Assembly: GCA_040954595.2 (NCBI GenBank)
Contig: CM082591.2
Span: 11,983,309 to 12,047,308, forward strand
DNA length: 64,000 nucleotides
DNA from: Balanoglossus misakiensis
Taxonomy: Eukaryota > Animalia > Hemichordata
Direction: 5' to 3'
A program made the position numbers and the translations under genes. The notes under the pieces were generated by a model, which saw nothing but the letters and a program-made list of their open reading frames with translations, was not told where the DNA came from and searched no databases. Each line of letters opens with the position of its first letter. The first letter of the stretch is position 1. Shown one piece after another: positions 54,701 to 64,000 of the stretch.

Positions 54701-57700
54701 TTTTTGGCCTAACTTAATATATTTGTTTATTTCAGTGCTATGAGCAGTACTCCGTTGCGTTTACTGTCAGAGATGTATCTGCAACAACCCGATTTAATTC
54801 AGAGTGTCAGAAAAAGTGACTTGCTGGTCAAGAATGCAAACAGTGTCAGTCAGAGTGTCTCACAGGTGAGAGATTTTTTTCTTTTTTTTTACACACGGGT
54901 TAGACGTGGGCATTGCAGAGAGGGCAGCACCAATTTCATAAATGTACGTAGTAGTAAATACAGACTGCCTTTGCTTCCTTCCATATTTCATGCACACCGT
55001 GTAAGTAGACTTTACCTAATTTTGTCCCTTCTTTTCACCCAATTTACTGTCTTTTCCTGATCTCCAACACAGACTATGGTTGCCACCATCTTGTCTGTTG
55101 TTAGGACAGCACACTGCCTTATTGTGTTGACTGTGTGCAGTTTTTGTAACCAGAGCCTCTAACCCTAACTATTATGCAGTTGTTACATATGATGCAAGTT
55201 GCCCATAAAATTACCTAACAATAAAATGTGGCTGTCGAACATTGGACCCAACAATAACGACAAACACAATACGATAGAATTTTTACTCAATGACTTTCTG
55301 GCCTCATTTTCGCATCGTCTTGGAAGGGCAAATGAAAAAGGCATATCGATTATTGGTACTCCACTTATTAGACTTTCCACTGTTTGTCAACAGCACTGCC
55401 AAGGAACTCCTGCCAGCCATCATTGATTGTCTGGATAGTAGTGCCCAGAGTGTCGTCAATGTAGCTTTACAACATCTACGCTAAACAAATCTCTTTTTTT
55501 TTTTGGCCTAACTTAATATATTTGTTTATTTCAGTGCTATGAGCAATACTCCGTTGTGTTTACTGTCAGAGATGTATCTGCAACAACCCGATTTAATTCA
55601 GAGTGTCAGAAAAAGTGACTTGCTGGTCAAGAATGCAAACAGTGTCAGTCAGAGTGTCTCACAGGTGAGAGATTTTTTCTTTTTTTTTACACACGGGTTA
55701 GACGTGGGCATTGCAGAGAGGGCAGCACCAATTTCATAAATGTACGTAGCAGTAAATACAGACTGCCTTTGCTTCCTTCCATATTTCATGCACACCGTGT
55801 AAGTAGACTTTACCTAATTTTGTCCCTTCTTTTCACCCAATTTACTGTCTTTTCTGATCTCCAACACAGATTTTGGTTGCCACCATCTTGTCTGTTGTTA
55901 GGACAACACACTGCCTTATTGTGTTGACTGTGTGCAGTTTTTGTAACCAGAGCCTCTAACCCAAACTATTATGCAGTTGTTACATATGATGCAAGTTGCC
56001 CATAAAATTACCTAACAATAAAATGTGGCTGTCGAACATTGGTCCCAACAATAACGACAAACACAATACGATAGAATTTTTACTCAATGACTTTCTGGCC
56101 TCATTTTCGCATCGTCTTGGAAGGGCAAATGAAAAAGGCATATCGATTATTGGTACTCCACTTATTAGACTTTCCACTGTTTGTCAACAGCACTGCCAAG
56201 GAACTCCTGCCAGCCATCATTGATTGTCTGGATAGTAGTGCCCAGAGTGTCGTCAATGTAGCTTTACAACATCTACGCTAAACAAATCTTTTTTTTTTGG
56301 CCTAACTTAATATATTTGTTTATTTCAGTGCTATGAGCAATACTCCGTTGCGTTTACTGTCAGAGATGTATCTGCAACAACCCGATTTAATTCATAGTGT
56401 CAGAAAAAGTGACTTGCTGGTCAAGAATGCAAACAGTGTCAGTCAGAGTGTCTCACAGGTGAGAGATTTTTTTCTTTTTTTTTACACACGGGTTAGACGT
56501 GGGCATTGCAGAGAGGGCAGCACCAATTTCATAAATGTACGTAGTAGTAAATACAGACTGCCTTTGCTTCCTTCCATATTTCATGCACACCGTGTAAGTA
56601 GACTTTACCTAATTTTGTCCCTTCTTTTCACCCAATTTACTGTCTTTTCCTGATCTCCAACACAGACTATGGTTGCCACCATCTTGTCTGTTGTTAGGAC
56701 AGCACACTGCCTTATTGTGTTGACTGTGTGCAGTTTTTGTAACCAGAGCCTCTAACCCTAACTATTATGCAGTTGTTACATATGATGCAAGTTGCCCATA
56801 AAATTACCTAACAATAAAATGTGGCTGTCGAACATTGGACCCAACAATAACGACAAACACAATACGATAGCATTTTTACTCAATGACTTTCTGGCCTCAT
56901 TTTCGCATCGTCTTGGAAGGGCAAATGAAAAAGGCATATCGATTATTGGTACTCCACTTATTAGACTTTCCACTGTTTGTCAACAGCACTGCCAAGGAAC
57001 TCCTGCCAGCCATCATTGATTGTCTGGATAGTAGTGCCCAGAGTGTCGTCAATGTAGCTTTACAACATCTACGCTAAACAAATCTCTTTTTTTTTTTGGC
57101 CTAACTTAATATATTTGTTTATTTCAGTGCTATGAGCAATACTCCGTTGTGTTTACTGTCAGAGATGTATCTGCAACAACCCGATTTAATTCAGAGTGTC
57201 AGAAAAAGTGACTTGCTGGTCAAGAATGCAAACAGTGTCAGTCAGAGTGTCTCACAGGTGAGAGATTTTTTCTTTTTTTTTACACACGGGTTAGACGTGG
57301 GCATTGCAGAGAGGGCAGCACCAATTTCATAAATGTACGTAGCAGTAAATACAGACTGCCTTTGCTTCCTTCCATATTTCATGCACACCGTGTAAGTAGA
57401 CTTTACCTAATTTTGTCCCTTCTTTTCACCCAATTTACTGTCTTTTCTGATCTCCAACACAGATTTTGGTTGCCACCATCTTGTCTGTTGTTAGGACAAC
57501 ACACTGCCTTATTGTGTTGACTGTGTGCAGTTTTTGTAACCAGAGCCTCTAACCCAAACTATTATGCAGTTGTTACATATGATGCAAGTTGCCCATAAAA
57601 TTACCTAACAATAAAATGTGGCTGTCGAACATTGGTCCCAACAATAACGACAAACACAATACGATAGAATTTTTACTCAATGACTTTCTGGCCTCATTTT

Positions 57701-60700
57701 CGCATCGTCTTGGAAGGGCAAATGAAAAAGGCATATCGATTATTGGTACTCCACTTATTAGACTTTCCACTGTTTGTCAACAGCACTGCCAAGGAACTCC
57801 TGCCAGCCATCATTGATTGTCTGGATAGTAGTGCCCAGAGTGTCGTCAATGTAGCTTTACAACATCTACGCTAAACAAATCTTTTTTTTTTGGCCTAACT
57901 TAATATATTTGTTTATTTCAGTGCTATGAGCAATACTCCGTTGCGTTTACTGTCAGAGATGTATCTGCAACAACCCGATTTAATTCATAGTGTCAGAAAA
58001 AGTGACTTGCTGGTCAAGAATGCAAACAGTGTCAGTCAGAGTGTCTCACAGGTGAGAGATTTTTTCTTTTTTTTACACACGGGTTAGACGTGGGCATTGC
58101 AGAGAGGGCAGCACCAATTTCATAAATGTACGTAGCAGTAAATACAGACTGCCTTTGCTTCCTTCCATATTTCATGCACACCGTGTAAGTAGACTTTACC
58201 TAATTTTGTCCCTTCTTTTCACCCAATTTACTGTCTTTTCCTGATCTCCAACACAGACTATGGTTGCCACCATCTTGTCTGTTGTTAGGACAACACACTG
58301 CCTTATTGTGTTGACTGTGTGCAGTTTTTGTAACCAGAGCCTCTAACCCAAACTATTATGCAGTTGTTACATATGATGCAAGTTGCCCATAAAATTACCT
58401 AACAATAAAATGTGGCTGTCGAACATTGGTCCCAACAATAACGACAAACACAATACGATAGAATTTTTACTCAATGACTTTCTGGCCTCATTTTCGCATC
58501 GTCTTGGAAGGGCAAATGAAAAAGGCATATCGATTATTGGTACTCCACTTATTAGACTTTCCACTGTTTGTCAACAGCACTGCCAAGGAACTCCTGCCAG
58601 CCATCATTGATTGTCTGGATAGTAGTGCCCAGAGTGTCGTCAATGTAGCTTTACAACATCTACGCTAAACAAATCTCTTTTTTTTTTGGCCTAACTTAAT
58701 ATATTTGTTTATTTCAGTGCTATGAGCAATACTCCGTTGCGTTTACTGTCAGAGATGTATCTGCAACAACCCGATTTAATTCAGTGTCAGAAAAAGTGAC
58801 TTGCTGGTCAAGAATGCAAACAGTGTCAGTCAGAGTGTCTCACAGGTGAGAGATTTTTTTCTTTTTTTTTACACACGGGTTAGACGTGGGCATTGCAGAG
58901 AGGGCAGCACCAATTTCATAAATGTACGTAGTAGTAAATACAGACTGCCTTTGCTTCCTTCCATATTTCATGCACACCGTGTAAGTAGACTTTACCTAAT
59001 TTTGTCCCTTCTTTTCACCCAATTTACTGTCTTTTCGTGATCTCCAACACAGACTATGGTTGCCACCATCTTGTCTGTTGTTAGGACAGCACACTGCCTT
59101 ATTGTGTTGACTGTGTGCAGTTTTTGTAACCAGAGCCTCTAACCCTAACTATTATGCAGTTGTTACATATGATGCAAGTTGCCCATAAAATTACCTAACA
59201 ATAAAATGTGGCTGTCGAACATTGGACCCAACAATAACGACAAACACAATACGATAGAATTTTTACTCAATGACTTTGTGGCCTCATTTTCGCATCGTCT
59301 TGGAAGGGCAAATGAAAAAGGCATATCGATTATTGGTACTCCACTTATTAGACTTTCCACTGTTTGTCAACAGCACTGCCAAGGAACTCCTGCCAGCCAT
59401 CATTGATTGTCTGGATAGTAGTGCCCAGAGTGTCGTCAATGTAGCTTTACAACATCTACGCTAAACAAATCTCTTTTTTTTTGGCCTAACTTAATATATT
59501 TGTTTATTTCAGTGCTATGAGCAGTACTCCGTTGCGTTTACTGTCAGAGATGTATCTGCAACAACCCGATTTAATTCAGAGTGTCAGAAAAAGTGACTTG
59601 CTGGTCAAGAATGCAAACAGTGTCAGTCAGAGTGTCTCACAGGTGAGAGATTTTTTTCTTTTTTTTTACACACGGGTTAGACGTGGGCATTGCAGAGAGG
59701 GCAGCACCAATTTCATAAATGTACGTAGTAGTAAATACAGACTGCCTTTGCTTCCTTCCATATTTCATGCACACCGTGTAAGTAGACTTTACCTAATTTT
59801 GTCCCTTCTTTTCACCCAATTTACTGTCTTTTCCTGATCTCCAACACAGACTATGGTTGCCACCATCTTGTCTGTTGTTAGGACAGCACACTGCCTTATT
59901 GTGTTGACTGTGTGCAGTTTTTGTAACCAGAGCCTCTAACCCTAACTATTATGCAGTTGTTACATATGATGCAAGTTGCCCATAAAATTACCTAACAATA
60001 AAATGTGGCTGTCGAACATTGGACCCAACAATAACGACAAACACAATACGATAGAATTTTTACTCAATGACTTTCTGGCCTCATTTTCGCATCGTCTTGG
60101 AAGGGCAAATGAAAAAGGCATATCGATTATTGGTACTCCACTTATTAGACTTTCCACTGTTTGTCAACAGCACTGCCAAGGAACTCCTGCCAGCCATCAT
60201 TGATTGTCTGGATAGTAGTGCCCAGAGTGTCGTCAATGTAGCTTTACAACATCTACGCTAAACAAATCTCTTTTTTTTTTTGGCCTAACTTAATATATTT
60301 GTTTATTTCAGTGCTATGAGCAATACTCCGTTGTGTTTACTGTCAGAGATGTATCTGCAACAACCCGATTTAATTCAGAGTGTCAGAAAAAGTGACTTGC
60401 TGGTCAAGAATGCAAACAGTGTCAGTCAGAGTGTCTCACAGGTGAGAGATTTTTTCTTTTTTTTTACACACGGGTTAGACGTGGGCATTGCAGAGAGGGC
60501 AGCACCAATTTCATAAATGTACGTAGCAGTAAATACAGACTGCCTTTGCTTCCTTCCATATTTCATGCACACCGTGTAAGTAGACTTTACCTAATTTTGT
60601 CCCTTCTTTTCACCCAATTTACTGTCTTTTCTGATCTCCAACACAGATTTTGGTTGCCACCATCTTGTCTGTTGTTAGGACAACACACTGCCTTATTGTG

Positions 60701-63700
60701 TTGACTGTGTGCAGTTTTTGTAACCAGAGCCTCTAACCCAAACTATTATGCAGTTGTTACATATGATGCAAGTTGCCCATAAAATTACCTAACAATAAAA
60801 TGTGGCTGTCGAACATTGGTCCCAACAATAACGACAAACACAATACGATAGAATTTTTACTCAATGACTTTCTGGCCTCATTTTCGCATCGTCTTGGAAG
60901 GGCAAATGAAAAAGGCATATCGATTATTGGTACTCCACTTATTAGACTTTCCACTGTTTGTCAACAGCACTGCCAAGGAACTCCTGCCAGCCATCATTGA
61001 TTGTCTGGATAGTAGTGCCCAGAGTGTCGTCAATGTAGCTTTACAACATCTACGCTAAACAAATCTTTTTTTTTTGGCCTAACTTAATATATTTGTTTAT
61101 TTCAGTGCTATGAGCAATACTCCGTTGCGTTTACTGTCAGAGATGTATCTGCAACAACCCGATTTAATTCATAGTGTCAGAAAAAGTGACTTGCTGGTCA
61201 AGAATGCAAACAGTGTCAGTCAGAGTGTCTCACAGGTGAGAGATTTTTTCTTTTTTTTACACACGGGTTAGACGTGGGCATTGCAGAGAGGGCAGCACCA
61301 ATTTCATAAATGTACGTAGCAGTAAATACAGACTGCCTTTGCTTCCTTCCATATTTCATGCACACCGTGTAAGTAGACTTTACCTAATTTTGTCCCTTCT
61401 TTTCACCCAATTTACTGTCTTTTCCTGATCTCCAACACAGACTATGGTTGCCACCATCTTGTCTGTTGTTAGGACAACACACTGCCTTATTGTGTTGACT
61501 GTGTGCAGTTTTTGTAACCAGAGCCTCTAACCCAAACTATTATGCAGTTGTTACATATGATGCAAGTTGCCCATAAAATTACCTAACAATAAAATGTGGC
61601 TGTCGAACATTGGTCCCAACAATAACGACAAACACAATACGATAGAATTTTTACTCAATGACTTTCTGGCCTCATTTTCGCATCGTCTTGGAAGGGCAAA
61701 TGAAAAAGGCATATCGATTATTGGTACTCCACTTATTAGACTTTCCACTGTTTGTCAACAGCACTGCCAAGGAACTCCTGCCAGCCATCATTGATTGTCT
61801 GGATAGTAGTGCCCAGAGTGTCGTCAATGTAGCTTTACAACATCTACGCTAAACAAATCTCTTTTTTTTTTGGCCTAACTTAATATATTTGTTTATTTCA
61901 GTGCTATGAGCAATACTCCGTTGCGTTTACTGTCAGAGATGTATCTGCAACAACCCGATTTAATTCAGTGTCAGAAAAAGTGACTTGCTGGTCAAGAATG
62001 CAAACAGTGTCAGTCAGAGTGTCTCACAGGTGAGAGATTTTTTTCTTTTTTTTTACACACGGGTTAGACGTGGGCATTGCAGAGAGGGCAGCACCAATTT
62101 CATAAATGTACGTAGTAGTAAATACAGACTGCCTTTGCTTCCTTCCATATTTCATGCACACCGTGTAAGTAGACTTTACCTAATTTTGTCCCTTCTTTTC
62201 ACCCAATTTACTGTCTTTTCGTGATCTCCAACACAGACTATGGTTGCCACCATCTTGTCTGTTGTTAGGACAGCACACTGCCTTATTGTGTTGACTGTGT
62301 GCAGTTTTTGTAACCAGAGCCTCTAACCCTAACTATTATGCAGTTGTTACATATGATGCAAGTTGCCCATAAAATTACCTAACAATAAAATGTGGCTGTC
62401 GAACATTGGTCCCAACAATAACGACAAACACAATACGATAGAATTTTTACTCAATGACTTTGTGGCCTCATTTTCGCATCGTCTTGGAAGGGCAAATGAA
62501 AAAGGCATATCGATTATTGGTACTCCACTTATTAGACTTTCCACTGTTTGTCAACAGCACTGCCAAGGAACTCCTGCCAGCCATCATTGATTGTCTGGAT
62601 AGTAGTGCCCAGAGTGTCGTCAATGTAGCTTTACAACATCTACGCTAAACAAATCTCTTTTTTTTTGGCCTAACTTAATATATTTGTTTATTTCAGTGCT
62701 ATGAGCAATACTCCGTTGTGTTTACTGTCAGAGATGTATCTGCAACAACCCGATTTAATTCAGAGTGTCAGAAAAAGTGACTTGCTGGTCAAGAATGCAA
62801 ACAGTGTCAGTCAGAGTGTCTCACAGGTGAGAGATTTTTTCTTTTTTTTTACACACGGGTTAGACGTGGGCATTGCAGAGAGGGCAGCACCAATTTCATA
62901 AATGTACGTAGCAGTAAATACAGACTGCCTTTGCTTCCTTCCATATTTCATGCACACCGTGTAAGTAGACTTTACCTAATTTTGTCCCTTCTTTTCACCC
63001 AATTTACTGTATTTTCTGATCTCCAACACAGATTTTGGTTGCCACCATCTTGTCTGTTGTTAGGACAACACACTGCCTTATTGTGTTGACTGTGTGCAGT
63101 TTTTGTAACCAGAGCCTCTAAACCCTATGCAGTTGTTACATATGATGCAAGTTGCCCATAAAATTACCTAACAATAAAATGTGGCTGTCGAACATTGGTC
63201 CCAACAATAACGACAAACACAATACGATAGAATTTTTACTCAATGACTTTCTGGCCTCATTTTCGCATCGTCTTGGAAGGGCAAATGAAAAAGGCATATC
63301 GATTATTGGTACTCCACTTATTAGACTTTCCACTGTTTGTCAACAGCACTGCCAAGGAACTCCTGCCAGCCATCATTGATTGTCTGGATAGTAGTGCCCA
63401 GAGTGTCGTCAATGTAGCTTTACAACATCTACGCTAAACAAATCTCTTTTTTTTTGGCCTAACTTAATATATTTGTTTATTTCAGTGCTATGAGCAATAC
63501 TCCGTTGTGTTTACTGTCAGAGATGTATCTGCAACAACCCGATTTAATTCAGAGTGTCAGAAAAAGTGACTTGCTGGTCAAGAATGCAAACAGTGTCAGT
63601 CAGAGTGTCTCACAGGTGAGAGATTTTTTCTTTTTTTTTACACACGGGTTAGACGTGGGCATTGCAGAGAGGGCAGCACCAATTTCATAAATGTACGTAG

Positions 63701-64000
63701 CAGTAAATACAGACTGCCTTTGCTTCCTTCCATATTTCATGCACACCGTGTAAGTAGACTTTACCTAATTTTGTCCCTTCTTTTCACCCAATTTACTGTC
63801 TTTTCCTGATCTCCAACACAGACTATGGTTGCCACCATCTTGTCTGTTGTTAGGACAGCACACTGCCTTATTGTGTTGACTGTGTGCAGTTTTTGTAACC
63901 AGAGCCTCTAACCCTATGCAGTTGTTACATATGATGCAAGTTGCCCATAAAATTACCTAACAATAAAATGTGGCTGTCGAACATTGGTCCCAACAATAAC

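Larger units (their letters stand above)
14806..64000. repeat. Macrosatellite, ~795-bp unit (787-805 bp), ~62 copies, running off the window end
   Basis: 61 full copies of the same 65-aa minus-strand ORF at 787-805 bp spacing (15443..63333), plus partial units at both ends. Units differ only by a few SNPs and small indels. Confidence 0.99.

Noticed and set aside
15443-63690. Hundreds of repeated 62-106 aa ORFs as a tandem multigene family
   Set aside because: They overlap in several frames and strands and change with homopolymer length. Only the portions bounded by splice sites resemble a known protein; the rest is incidental translation of the repeat.
11821-64000. CRISPR array or repeat-spacer system
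   Set aside because: Units are near-identical along their whole length with no unique spacers, there are no cas genes, and the context is eukaryotic.
14806-64000. Tandem 5S rRNA, snRNA, tRNA or spliced-leader RNA gene array
   Set aside because: The unit size would fit, but I recognised no 5S, U-snRNA or tRNA sequence on either strand. An Rfam/Infernal scan would be the definitive test.

Overview
AT-rich metazoan (probably marine invertebrate) repeat-dense DNA with spliceosomal introns; no prokaryotic features and no intact host gene. Bases 1-11.8 kb are a DNA-transposon cluster. It holds two near-identical ISL2EU-type (PIF/Harbinger-related) transposase copies, the second decayed with a THAP exon, a remnant of the opposite-strand ORF2 and one terminus. 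Between them is a 5.26 kb AcademX-like element with ~1.5 kb TIRs and a GTA TSD. At 11.8-14.8 kb is a 180/182-bp two-monomer satellite with higher-order structure, interrupted by a 314-bp hairpin-bearing Crypton-like insertion. From 14.8 kb to the window end is a highly homogeneous ~795-bp macrosatellite (~62 units). Each unit carries one complete spliceable exon and one truncated exon whose translations match, from my recollection of the human protein, two separate C-terminal segments of Integrator subunit 1 (INTS1). The array thus appears to be built from fragments of an essential, normally single-copy gene. All family and homology calls come from motif recall, not database searches.
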